64,000 bases of DNA from NCBI GenBank assembly GCA_041746855.1, contig JBGTGG010000143.1, positions 2,155 through 66,154 of the forward strand, written 5' to 3'. Positions 9,814 to 18,902 of the stretch are shown one piece after another. Origin of the DNA: Cyclobacteriaceae bacterium. Lineage in GTDB: Bacteria > Bacteroidota > Bacteroidia > Cytophagales > Cyclobacteriaceae. The notes beneath the pieces were generated by a model. It saw nothing but the letters and a program-made list of their open reading frames with translations. It ran no database searches and had not been told where the DNA came from. Positions within the stretch are counted from its first letter, which is position 1. Every line of letters starts with the position of its first letter. A program made the translations under genes and the position numbers.

Positions 9814-10458
9814 GTGTTAGTAGCCGGAGCCAGCAGACACGCAAAGGAAGTACTTGATATACTGCATGCACAGCATCAAGCAGATGATCTGCGATTCTTT
9901 GATGATGTGAATGTGAATGGGCCGAACCTTTTTTACGAGCGTTTTCCAATCGTTCATAGTATTCATGATCTCCTAGATATTTTTAAACAAGATAATCGAT
10001 TCATTTTAGGATTAGGCGGTGTGCAGGCAAGGGCTGTGGTGGCAAAAAAATTAGTGAAAGCCGGTGGGCGTTTGCATTCACTTATTGCGGACTCTGCACG
10101 CATTGGTCATTTTGAAGTTACGATTGGGGCAGGTGTTAACATCATGGAGTTTGTGTTGATAAGCAGTAGCGTGGTGATTGGGGAGGGAAGTCTTATCAAT
10201 GCATTCGCAGCCATTCATCACGATGTTAAGGTAGGTGCGTATTGTGAAATTTCTCCCCGGGCTACTTTACTAGGCGGAGCCTCTGTTGGTGATTTTAGCA
10301 GTGTCGGAAGTGGCGCAAGTATTCTCCCGAATATAAGCGTTGGAAGAAATGTGGTGATTGGAGCGGGAAGTGTGGTAACCCATGATGTTCCTGATCACTG
10401 TATGGTGGTGGGGGTTCCTGGGAAGGTGATCAAAAAGATTTCTCCACCTATTTCTTAG
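9814..10458 (+). CDS. NeuD/PglD-family sugar N/O-acetyltransferase (left-handed beta-helix)
   Basis: GTG start 2 nt after the aminotransferase stop. The N-terminal segment VAGASRHAKEVLDIL is Rossmann-like. The C-terminal hexapeptide repeats are IGEGSLINAFAAIHHDVKVGAYCEISPRATLLGGASVGDFSSVGSGASILPNISVGRNVVIGAGSVV. Confidence 0.8.
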   Translation: MLVAGASRHAKEVLDILHAQHQADDLRFFDDVNVNGPNLFYERFPIVHSIHDLLDIFKQDNRFILGLGGVQARAVVAKKLVKAGGRLHSLIADSARIGHFEVTIGAGVNIMEFVLISSSVVIGEGSLINAFAAIHHDVKVGAYCEISPRATLLGGASVGDFSSVGSGASILPNISVGRNVVIGAGSVVTHDVPDHCMVVGVPGKVIKKISPPIS

Positions 10459-10656
10459 TATTATTCCAAGGACGATTGATGAAGGTAAAAGGTATTTATT
10501 TTTCTCAAAGTGAAACGGATCTGCAACAAGGCGTACGCAAACTATTCACGATTTCTTATTGGTTGGTGTCTCTGCGGTTTTTGGGCTAAAGAAGTATATT
10601 CATGTTTATTTATATTTTAAATTTCAATTAAGGGCGATAAACTATTAGAAGCTATT

Positions 10657-12033
10657 ATGAAAAATTCAAAGAATGTACTTGTGTTCTTTATTTCCTTCCT
10701 TATTCTACTGTGGAATCCACTAACATTCTATCTGTATTACTCAACGCATGAAGTATATGAATCAAAAATACTGAAGCTGATTTTTTGGATAATACCCATT
10801 GTTGGGATTCTTATCATACTATACGTTAAGCGACAGAAAAGTTTATCGCAAAAGTTGGAAGGTTTAGTTTTCAATAGTTCCTATGTCGGGATAATCCTTG
10901 GTTTCTTGATACTGGTTAATTTTTTAATAGGAGTATTCACTTCGCCCGACAACAGTGATAACAAGAAGGTGGTGAAAAATGAAGGATTGATTTTTAAACC
11001 CAATTCTGCAGCCGTTTATTCAACGGTTGAATTCAACTACACCGCAGAAATCAATAGTTTAGGTCTACGAAACAGGGAGGTACAAGTTGAAAAGGACAAC
11101 GACACGTTTAGGATTTTATGTTTTGGCGACAGCTGGACGTTTGGCTGGGGTGTAAACATCGAACATAGTTGGCCCATGCAACTGGAGAATTATTTTAAAG
11201 AAAATGGGTATACCAAAGTGGAGGTTATTAACTGCGGACAAGGTGGGCAGTTTACATCAACCTACAAGGAATTTATTTCAAAGGCTGTACCGTTATTGAA
11301 ACCCGATTTAGTGTTAGTGGGTGTTCTTCAACTCGATGACCTGGCGCAATTATTTGAGAATAAATTACTCACTGAAGCAAAAGGCGATAGAAATTTATTA
11401 CGGTCTTTTTTAATGGCTTCTTTTGGCAACTATTTAAAACTAGTGGGTCCGAAAGATGACAACATAATTGATATCAAAGCAGTATGGGAAGATAATAACA
11501 GGGGCTTACTAAAAGACTTTAAAGGTCTGCGTCAATTACGCTTCACCACGCTATCGGATACTGTTCAGACGTTGTTCAAAACCGGAAACCTGAACCCCGG
11601 ATTACTAAACAACTACATAGATTTTCCGGATCGGGTAACAATTTTTAATAACCCCAATCATCCGGCTACCATAGATGCTATTCAAAAAATGAACAATGAT
11701 TTTAAGGAGATGAAGGAGATATGCAAAGCAAATGAAGCAGCGTTGATGTTCATCAATTTACCGATGAATTACTTTACTGGTCATAATGTTGAAAGAATGC
11801 CCTCAGACATTTTGAATGATTATTTCATGGAAAATAATGGTATTGATTCCATTTATTCCTCCATCGCAAAAAATAATCTGATTCCATATTTTGAACTAAC
11901 GCAGCATTTCAAAGACCTTACAGAAAAGGACAAGTATTTTTATAAATATGATGGCCATCCGAATGAGCAGGGATATCGTGAAATTGCCGTTACTATTGGT
12001 AAGCATTTAATCGAGAATCAATTCGTCAATTAG
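10657..12033 (+). CDS. Membrane-anchored SGNH/GDSL-family hydrolase (possible glycan O-acetyl esterase or transferase-type enzyme)
   Basis: Three N-terminal hydrophobic helices, for example VLVFFISFLILLWNPLTFYLY, ILKLIFWIIPIVGILIILYV and VGIILGFLILVNFLIGVF. They are followed by SGNH block I ILCFGDSWTFGWG, block II NCGQGG and block V YDGHPNEQGY. Confidence 0.7.
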   Translation: MKNSKNVLVFFISFLILLWNPLTFYLYYSTHEVYESKILKLIFWIIPIVGILIILYVKRQKSLSQKLEGLVFNSSYVGIILGFLILVNFLIGVFTSPDNSDNKKVVKNEGLIFKPNSAAVYSTVEFNYTAEINSLGLRNREVQVEKDNDTFRILCFGDSWTFGWGVNIEHSWPMQLENYFKENGYTKVEVINCGQGGQFTSTYKEFISKAVPLLKPDLVLVGVLQLDDLAQLFENKLLTEAKGDRNLLRSFLMASFGNYLKLVGPKDDNIIDIKAVWEDNNRGLLKDFKGLRQLRFTTLSDTVQTLFKTGNLNPGLLNNYIDFPDRVTIFNNPNHPATIDAIQKMNNDFKEMKEICKANEAALMFINLPMNYFTGHNVERMPSDILNDYFMENNGIDSIYSSIAKNNLIPYFELTQHFKDLTEKDKYFYKYDGHPNEQGYREIAVTIGKHLIENQFVN

Positions 12034-12335
12034 AAAACCAACCGTTGTTGAACCAGTGGGCATGGAGATCGCGGATCAATACCACGATTACAAGTAATCA
12101 TAAAGCATATCTGGATAACGTGCTACGGAATAATCTTGATGTTATTTACAAGGAGCATGCCTGAAGGGGCACGACATAAGCAATTTAAAATATTTCCCAT
12201 TTGGACTTTTACTATGTCGCGCGGGATTACCGGCTTGTTCAGTAAACAGGCTTCGTCATGCTTACACTTTTTCTATCCTTGGAGAGCAAGGTGTTTAGAA
12301 TTGAACATGGATATACATCGTAACACTATGTAACA

Positions 12336-13658
12336 CTATTCTATAGGAAGAACCCACGCTTCTTTGAAAGTAAACCGGTTAATTGTCCGGATTTCATCTC
12401 TCATCCGTTTCGCTTCATCAAGGTCTGCAGTGGCCTTTCCGACATACACGAAATGGTAATTATTGGCCGGGTATTCTCCGATGTTGGCGGTATAACCGGC
12501 TCTGGACAAATCTCTCACAAAACTTTCCGCATTACGCTGAGAGGAGAATACACCCACAATTACGTAGTAAAGCGTTTGTGATTCAGGTTGTGGCTGTACT
12601 TCTTCCGGTTGTTTTTCTTCAACAGGAGGAACAGGTGTTGGTTTGACTTCTTCAACGGGTGGCTGCACTGGTTCTTGTACCGGCTCTTCTTCAATTACCG
12701 GTTCCTGAACGGGCTCCTCTATTGGTAAAGGGGTAGTGGTGGTTCGTGTTGGTCGGGTTACTTGCTTCTTGCCCAGGCGCACACTTACGTGTACCTCGTG
12801 CGATCCGGTGCCAAAACCCTCTACAACATCGGGGGCAAATTCGTAGGCATACCCCACCTTTATTTTTTCTTTAAGAGAGAAACCAAAGAAAGCAGCGGGC
12901 CCGTAATCCTGTCTGTAGGAACCACCTGCCCATAGCAGGTTATTAATTTTTAGAACACCCATTACTTCAAATTGATTTTCTCGAATTTCGTTTGTTCTGT
13001 ATATGAAGTAGGGTTCAAATGCGAGCCGGTCACTGAGATTGAAATTGTAACTAATGGATGAGAAAGTATTTTTCAGCGCATTAAATTCCGGGGTATTAAA
13101 AGTATTTTCCGAGATAGCGTTGGTGGTGAAAAGGTTGGGCAGGGCAAATCCTAATTTCAGGTTATTTAATTGGTAATGCATACCGAACTGTCCAGCGAGG
13201 TTTGAAGTATTCACGTTTGTTAAAGAGGGGTCAGTAGGGTCGTCCACTTTGCTTAAGTCAACCCGGCTCATAGAATATCCCATTGACAAACCAAACCCGA
13301 TTTTATGATTGACTTCCGTGCTTCTACCTAAATATACATGGTAAGCAAAGGAAGCAAGTCCTGTATTGGTTTGGAGCACCCCGGCCTGGTCATTATACAG
13401 GTTAATGGCCCAACCCATTTTATAATTAATCGGCATTTGCAGGTTTGCGGTAAGGGTAGTTGGAGCACCCTCAAATTGAGCCCATTGCTTACGGAAGTTT
13501 AGGTTTAATTCACTATAGCCATTAGGGGCAATAAAGGAAGGGTTGAACAAATAAGGATTTAGAAAATAGTGATTATAAACCATGTTTTGTTGAGCCATTA
13601 CCTGGCTTGCCACAACCTGAAAAAGAATGAAAACTAATAGGGTCCTTAAAAATGTCAT
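12336..13658 (-). CDS. PorP/SprF-family T9SS outer-membrane beta-barrel protein fused to a Pro/Glu-rich linker and a C-terminal SPOR (peptidoglycan-binding) domain
   Basis: Signal peptide plus the canonical PorP/SprF N-terminus QQNMVYNHYFLNPYLFNPSFIAPNGYSELNLNFRKQWAQFEGAPTT. The body has alternating beta-strand character up to about aa 296. The linker is EEPVQEPVIEEEPVQEPVQPPVEEVKPTPVPPVEEKQPEEVQPQPE. The SPOR-like tail is YYVIVGVFSSQRNAESFVRDLSRAGYTANIGEY...YHFVYVGKATADLDEAKRMRDEIR...FKEAWVL. The start lies only 6 nt downstream of the type-B-CTD cargo gene. Confidence 0.85.
   Translation of the reverse strand: MTFLRTLLVFILFQVVASQVMAQQNMVYNHYFLNPYLFNPSFIAPNGYSELNLNFRKQWAQFEGAPTTLTANLQMPINYKMGWAINLYNDQAGVLQTNTGLASFAYHVYLGRSTEVNHKIGFGLSMGYSMSRVDLSKVDDPTDPSLTNVNTSNLAGQFGMHYQLNNLKLGFALPNLFTTNAISENTFNTPEFNALKNTFSSISYNFNLSDRLAFEPYFIYRTNEIRENQFEVMGVLKINNLLWAGGSYRQDYGPAAFFGFSLKEKIKVGYAYEFAPDVVEGFGTGSHEVHVSVRLGKKQVTRPTRTTTTPLPIEEPVQEPVIEEEPVQEPVQPPVEEVKPTPVPPVEEKQPEEVQPQPESQTLYYVIVGVFSSQRNAESFVRDLSRAGYTANIGEYPANNYHFVYVGKATADLDEAKRMRDEIRTINRFTFKEAWVLPIE
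12339..12575 (-). other. SPOR-like domain (aa ~362-440 of the PorP/SprF protein)
   Basis: Shows the pattern YYVIVG.F....NAE.....L...GY.A.I......Y.V.VG......EA......I......FK.AWVL. This matches the RNP-fold SPOR consensus as I remember it from FtsN/CwlC-type and Bacteroidota SPOR proteins. Confidence 0.7.
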
Positions 13659-13664
13659 GAAAGT

Positions 13665-16600
13665 TTATCGGATTAAGGTTACCGAACCATTAATGGGCTT
13701 CTTATCGGGACAACGAATAACGTAAAAATAAACACCCTCAGGAAGTAAGGAGCCATTAAAAGTTCCATCCCATTCGGTGGCGTATCCTATTGATGAAAAT
13801 ACTTTTTGGCCCTGACGGTTAAAGACCTCTACAGTGCCGTCAACCAAAAGGTCGGCATTGTTAATGCGCCATGTTTCCGTACTGATATCTCCTTTACCAT
13901 CTGGCGAGAAGGTATTAAAGGGTTTCACATTTAGACTTTCTTCCTGTACCTGTAGGTTTACGACATCGCTTGCGGTTAGTCCTTCCCCATCAGTGACACT
14001 TACAGTGAATTGATACATCCCGGGGATAAGATCAGTAAGTTCTAAAAAGAGCGTATCATGTGGATCGATCGTTACTACATTTCCTCCGGTTTGAGTCCAT
14101 AAATAGGAAGAAATAATTCCATCAGGGTCAAAGGCTTCTGCTATAATCTTAATTGAATTTTCAGGAAGTTGTATACTACGGTCTCCCCCTGCATCAACCA
14201 CAGGAGGCAGATTGGATGCAGCTGCGGAAAAAACGCTAACGGCAGCATTATCAGAATTGGTTAGTCCTTCATCATCCGTGGCTGTTAATTGGAATACATA
14301 ATTCCCTTCAACTAAATCACTAAGCGATAATGTAGTAGTTGTGTTTCCTGCCATGGTTACGGTAGGTCCTGAAAGTTTTGTCCAAAGAACAGCGGCAATG
14401 GTTCCATCATCGGTAGTAGTACCGGTTAGCACAGCGGTGTTTGTTGGTAATACAACATTGATATTGATGCCGGCATTAACAACTGGGGCAAGGTTCGTTG
14501 TGGCAGGCAAAACCGTTACCAGAACCTGCCCAGAGCCGGTAGCCCCGAGATTGTCTGTAACGGTTAACATGAATTGATAGGTACCCTCAACCATATTCGT
14601 AACGGTTAGCGAAGCAGTATTTTCATTGACAAGGGTGCAGGAGGGTCCACTTAATTTTGCCCAATTATATGCAGCAATGGTGCCATCAGGATCATTACCT
14701 GTACCGTTAAGTATTACACTGTTGGTAGGAAGTTTTATTGTCTGATTTGCACCGGCATTGGCAAAGGGGGATTGATTTGCCGTTGCCGCATTTACGGTTA
14801 CCCGGGCTTCATCAGACCCCGTTGATGATTGATCATCTGTTGCTGTAAACCTGAATATATACACCCCTTCAACAAGGTTATTTACGGTAAGCAAAGTAGT
14901 AGTAGCATTAACTAATACGGCACCTGCCGGTCCGCTCACCTGTGTCCAAGCGCGACTCACGATTGTTCCATCCGGATCACTGGCGCTGCCCGAAAGCTGA
15001 ACGGTGTTAATTGGAAGAAAAATTGTCCTATCGGGTCCTGCGCTAACGATCGGAGATTGATTAACCGAAGTAGGATTTACGGTAATGGTCATATCATCGG
15101 TAGCCGTAGCTCCATCGTTATCGGTTACTTGTAATCTGAAGGTGTAAACGCCTTCCACCAGATTGGAAACGGAAAGGGTGGGGTTGGTTAATGCTCCCAG
15201 CGTAACGGTTGGACCGGAAACTTTTGCCCATAAATACGAAGCTATGGAGCCATCGGCATCGCTACCAGACCCGTTGATATTTGCACTATTGGTGGGTAAT
15301 GTTATCGTTAAATTTGGTCCGGCATTCGCAATGGGAGGCTGATTGACGGTTGCCGCATTTACAGTAATGGTGACATCGTCCGTGCTGGTTGCTCCATCAT
15401 CATCGGTGACTATTAATCGAAAAACATAAACACCTTCTACCATATCAGCAATGGAGAGTGTAGCGTTGTTAGTATTGGTCAGGGTGGCTGTTGGTCCACT
15501 TTGCTTCGTCCATAGATAGGAAACCACGATACCATCAGCATCACTACCGGAGCCAAACAGGGTGATGCTATTGGCTGGTAACGTTATTACCTGATCGGGT
15601 CCCGCAAATGCCTGTGGGGGTTGATTGATTGCTGCGGGCAATACGGTTACTGTCACCTGAGCTAATGCTGTTAGACCTTCATTATCGGTGACCGTAAGCC
15701 GGAATACATAAATGCCCTCTACCATGTTGCTGACAGAGGTAGTAGGAAAATTTGCATTGGTTAAAGTGGCAGCAGGTCCACTTACCTGGCTCCATAAGTA
15801 AGATGCAATTGACCCATCGGGATCCGAGCCTGTACCAATAAGGTTGGTTGAGTTGACTGGAAGGGTTAGTGTTTGATTTGCACCCGCAGAAGCAACCGGA
15901 GGCTGATTAACCACCGCTGGATTAACGGTAAGGGTAACATTATTGGAGCCGGTTGCCCCATCATTATCGGTTACGGTTAAGCGGAAAATATAGATACCAT
16001 CAGAAGGTACTTGCACTGTTAAAGTTGCCGTATTGGCATTGGTGAGCGTGGCTGCCGTGCCACTTATTTGCACCCAGGTGTAACTGACTATGGTGCCATC
16101 TGGGTCAACGCCTGAACCGTTAAAGTTGGTGGAGTTAGTAGGCAGGGTAATGGATTTATTCGGGCCGGCATTTGCTGTGGGTGATTGATTGGTAGCTGAT
16201 TGTACCACAACATCCACTTCGTCAAATGCAGTTGCCCCATCATTATCGGTAGCGGTAATTCTAAAGGTATAGGTTCCCTGAATAAGATTACTTGCCGTTA
16301 ACGAAGCAGTTGTTGCCCCGCTCAAGGTTGGACTCCCGGGGCCTGAAACGTTGGTCCATAAGTAGGAATCTACGGTGCCATCCGAATCCGATGCTACTGC
16401 ATTCAGAATAACTGTTGAAGTGGGCAATGTTATGGTTTGGTCTGCAGGCGCATTGATTACGGGTGGTTGATTTCCAGCAAAAACAAAAACGGTAACCTCA
16501 TCACTTGCTGTAGCTCCTAGATTATCAGTTACGGTGATGCGAAACACATATGTGCCTTCCTCCAAGTCGTTTAATGAAAAGTTTGCTGTCGTATTTCCTG

Positions 16601-18902
16601 TGCCTGAGAATGTTGGTCCACTGATTTTCAGCCATTGGTAGGAGGCAATTGAACCATCAGGGTCGCTTGCTGTCGCCTGAAGGATTGTACTATTACTTGG
16701 CAGGGTGAGGGTTACATCTGATCCGGCATTCACAACCGGGGATTGATTGATAGCCGCAGGTAAAACTGTCAACGTCATTTGATCTATACCTGTTGCCCCT
16801 TGGTTATCAGTTACGGTTAATAGGAATACATAGCTTCCTTCTATAAGCCCTGAAGCTGTCAGGTTAGCAGTGGTTTGATTTGAAAGCGTGGCTGCGGGTC
16901 CACTTTGTTTTGTCCAACTATAGGTTGCAATCGTGCCGTCAGCATCAGTTCCGGATCCATTGATGACAATTGTATTGGTGGGTAAGGTTATGGACCGGTC
17001 GGGTCCGGCATTGGCTTGGGGAGGTACATTTACCGGAGCTGCATTTACAGTTACGGTAACATCATCAAAGCCTGTTGCCCCATTATTATCTGTTACGGTA
17101 AGCCGAAACGTATAGACACCTTGTGCCAAATTACTAACCGACACTGTTGCAGAAGTGGCATTTGTTAATGTTGCTGTTCCTGGTCCGTTAACCTGCGTCC
17201 ATAAATATCCAGTTACGGAACCATCGGGATCAGACCCAGATCCAATTATATTTATTGAGTTGGTTGGAAGTGTGAGTGTAATATTAGCCCCTGCATTGGC
17301 AGTAGGAGATTGGTTTGTGCCAACAACATTAACGGTAGCTTCTTCAAATGCTGTTGCACCACTATTGTCCGTTACAGTAAGTCGCACAACATAGGTACCT
17401 GCAACTAGGTTTGACATGGTTAAACTCTGCGTAGTGGCGTTGGTCAGGGTAGCCGTTGGTCCACTTACTTTTGTCCACTGGTATGCAGCAACCCAACCAT
17501 CCGCATCACTTCCCCATCCATTTAAGGTAACTGAGTTTGTAGGAAGGTTAATGGTTTTATTGCCCCCCGTATGTGCCGTGGGGGGTTGATTAACTACTGC
17601 TGCATTGACGGTAACGATAACATCATCAGATCCGGTAGCTCCAAAATTATCGGTAACGGTAAGCCTGAAAACATAAATTCCCGCTACAAGACCACTCAAA
17701 CTTACGGTGGATGTTGTTGAACCCCCTAGTGTGGCAGCAGGGCCACTGACTTTTGTCCAGAGGTAAGACGAAATGGAGCCGTCCGGGTCGGATCCACTTC
17801 CCACGAGATTAAGGGAATTTGTTGGTAAAGTAATCGTTCTATCAGCGCCCGCATTCGCCACTGGATTTTGGTTACCACTAAAAACCGAAATTTTTACATC
17901 ATCAGAACCAGTCTGTGAAGCACTGTTGGTTGCTGTAAGCCTAAACGTGTAAACTCCCTCCACCATATTCGCCAACGAAAGGGTAGGTGTATTTGCATTT
18001 GTCATGGTAACAGCAGGCCCACTTACTTTAGTCCATGCGTAGGATGTAATGGATCCTGTGGTGGTTGAGGCTGCACCAGTAACAGTAGTTGAGTTTGTTG
18101 GTAGAGAAATGAATTTATCAGCCCCTGCGCTTACTGAGACACCTTGTTTAACCTGCTCCATCAACCATTCGTACAGATTTGGGCTATGTAAAGAATTATC
18201 TGTTCGATAAGCATAGTTCCAGGCATCGTGCCATACACCAGGATAGATTGTATAAATAGTTGGAGGAATAATCGCAGGAACGCAAGCATTAATAGCGTTA
18301 ATCATGTTCGTGGTTCTATAAATAGGAACCACTGAATCTGCATCTCCATGAAATGCCCAAATAGGAATGTTGTTTTGCTGATAGGTGCAGGCCCAGGAAA
18401 GGGTGTTATACCCTCCACATATGGGAGCTAAAGCGGCAACCTTTTGAGGAAAGCTTCGCGTATAGTCCCATGCACCCCCACCCCCTAAACTTAAGCCTGT
18501 TATATAAATTCTTGTTGGATCAACACGTAGGTAGCTTCTAACGTACTCAACAACCTCATCCATGTACCAGACTGGCCAGGAACCAAAATTGCTTTTCAGT
18601 TGAGGGGATATTAGGATAAATGGGAACTTGTATCCTTCAACAACATACCTCGGAGGACCATTGTATGCAACCATGGGAAGATCGGTGGTTCCATTGCCTC
18701 TCTCTCCCATACCATGAAAGAAGATTACAATGGGATAATTATTGGAGTTTGAATTATAGTCAGGAGGCAGGTATTCATAAAAGCCGATTTGGCTGGTAGG
18801 AGTAATTTTTGCGGTTTGGTTTTGTGCCAGCAAGGGAACTGACATAAATACTACAGCGAACATGGATAATATCCCCTGGGTAAAGCGCAATCTGTTGGAC
18901 AT
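13665..18902 (-). CDS. Giant (1745 aa) T9SS cargo. Domain order: signal peptide, alpha/beta-hydrolase (esterase), 15 tandem PKD-like (KIAA0319-type) Ig repeats, type-B T9SS C-terminal domain
   Basis: Uninterrupted ORF. Hydrolase blocks are YPIVIFFHGMGERGNGT, the nucleophile elbow ITGLSLGGGG, FHGDADSVVP and GVWHDAW. These are followed by 15 repeats and a C-terminal FSPDGKGD...ETWRI......V.VFNRQGQKVF......WDGTFNG..LPEGVYFYVI....K...GSVTLIR segment. Confidence 0.9.
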   Translation of the reverse strand: MSNRLRFTQGILSMFAVVFMSVPLLAQNQTAKITPTSQIGFYEYLPPDYNSNSNNYPIVIFFHGMGERGNGTTDLPMVAYNGPPRYVVEGYKFPFILISPQLKSNFGSWPVWYMDEVVEYVRSYLRVDPTRIYITGLSLGGGGAWDYTRSFPQKVAALAPICGGYNTLSWACTYQQNNIPIWAFHGDADSVVPIYRTTNMINAINACVPAIIPPTIYTIYPGVWHDAWNYAYRTDNSLHSPNLYEWLMEQVKQGVSVSAGADKFISLPTNSTTVTGAASTTTGSITSYAWTKVSGPAVTMTNANTPTLSLANMVEGVYTFRLTATNSASQTGSDDVKISVFSGNQNPVANAGADRTITLPTNSLNLVGSGSDPDGSISSYLWTKVSGPAATLGGSTTSTVSLSGLVAGIYVFRLTVTDNFGATGSDDVIVTVNAAVVNQPPTAHTGGNKTINLPTNSVTLNGWGSDADGWVAAYQWTKVSGPTATLTNATTQSLTMSNLVAGTYVVRLTVTDNSGATAFEEATVNVVGTNQSPTANAGANITLTLPTNSINIIGSGSDPDGSVTGYLWTQVNGPGTATLTNATSATVSVSNLAQGVYTFRLTVTDNNGATGFDDVTVTVNAAPVNVPPQANAGPDRSITLPTNTIVINGSGTDADGTIATYSWTKQSGPAATLSNQTTANLTASGLIEGSYVFLLTVTDNQGATGIDQMTLTVLPAAINQSPVVNAGSDVTLTLPSNSTILQATASDPDGSIASYQWLKISGPTFSGTGNTTANFSLNDLEEGTYVFRITVTDNLGATASDEVTVFVFAGNQPPVINAPADQTITLPTSTVILNAVASDSDGTVDSYLWTNVSGPGSPTLSGATTASLTASNLIQGTYTFRITATDNDGATAFDEVDVVVQSATNQSPTANAGPNKSITLPTNSTNFNGSGVDPDGTIVSYTWVQISGTAATLTNANTATLTVQVPSDGIYIFRLTVTDNDGATGSNNVTLTVNPAVVNQPPVASAGANQTLTLPVNSTNLIGTGSDPDGSIASYLWSQVSGPAATLTNANFPTTSVSNMVEGIYVFRLTVTDNEGLTALAQVTVTVLPAAINQPPQAFAGPDQVITLPANSITLFGSGSDADGIVVSYLWTKQSGPTATLTNTNNATLSIADMVEGVYVFRLIVTDDDGATSTDDVTITVNAATVNQPPIANAGPNLTITLPTNSANINGSGSDADGSIASYLWAKVSGPTVTLGALTNPTLSVSNLVEGVYTFRLQVTDNDGATATDDMTITVNPTSVNQSPIVSAGPDRTIFLPINTVQLSGSASDPDGTIVSRAWTQVSGPAGAVLVNATTTLLTVNNLVEGVYIFRFTATDDQSSTGSDEARVTVNAATANQSPFANAGANQTIKLPTNSVILNGTGNDPDGTIAAYNWAKLSGPSCTLVNENTASLTVTNMVEGTYQFMLTVTDNLGATGSGQVLVTVLPATTNLAPVVNAGININVVLPTNTAVLTGTTTDDGTIAAVLWTKLSGPTVTMAGNTTTTLSLSDLVEGNYVFQLTATDDEGLTNSDNAAVSVFSAAASNLPPVVDAGGDRSIQLPENSIKIIAEAFDPDGIISSYLWTQTGGNVVTIDPHDTLFLELTDLIPGMYQFTVSVTDGEGLTASDVVNLQVQEESLNVKPFNTFSPDGKGDISTETWRINNADLLVDGTVEVFNRQGQKVFSSIGYATEWDGTFNGSLLPEGVYFYVIRCPDKKPINGSVTLIR
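13668..13934 (-). other. Type-B T9SS C-terminal domain (gliding-motility-associated CTD type)
   Basis: The last 89 aa are FNTFSPDGKGDISTETWRINNADLL.DGTVEVFNRQGQKVFSSIGYATEWDGTFNGSLLPEGVYFYVIRCPDKKPINGSVTLIR. They follow the FSPNGDG.ND.W.I / V.I.NRWG..V / WDG...G..lP.GtYfY.i / G.v.l.R pattern of TIGR04131-type CTDs. A PorP/SprF gene lies immediately downstream, as expected for type-B cargo. Confidence 0.8.
13935..18140 (-). repeat. Array of 15 tandem coding repeats of about 93-95 aa (about 280-285 bp) each, PKD-like Ig domains
   Basis: I counted 15 consecutive units of the form NQ(S/P)P.ANAG.(D/N).(T/S)ITLPTNS..L.GSGSDPDG(S/T)I.SY.W(T/S)(K/Q)VSGP.ATL.N..T.T.(S/T)VSNLVEG.Y.FRLTVTDN.GATG.D.V.VTV in the translation. 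The units are diverged, at roughly half identity by eye, and are not identical DNA copies. Confidence 0.85.

Noticed and set aside
12136-12333. 65-aa plus-strand ORF in the convergent spacer between the SGNH and PorP/SprF genes
   Set aside because: It has no signal, motif or convincing start context, and its composition is atypical. It is probably non-coding.
12320-12339. Tandem duplication GTAACACTAT-GTAACACTAT spanning the PorP/SprF stop codon
   Set aside because: There are only two copies of a 10-mer, and nothing similar occurs elsewhere in the window. It is most simply a small slippage duplication with no evident function.
14341-17394. Plus-strand ORFs 14341-14577, 16933-17115 and 17155-17394 with mutually similar peptides (...APLLSVTVSR...)
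   Set aside because: They are antisense reflections of the 15-unit PKD-like repeat array in the minus-strand 1745-aa gene. Their similarity to one another is a by-product of the repeats, not evidence of coding.
13935-18140. Could the regular ~280-bp periodicity be a CRISPR array or satellite DNA?
   Set aside because: The units are contiguous with no spacers. They are in frame within one ORF, encode a recognisable Ig-like domain and are diverged. They are a protein-domain array, not a CRISPR array.
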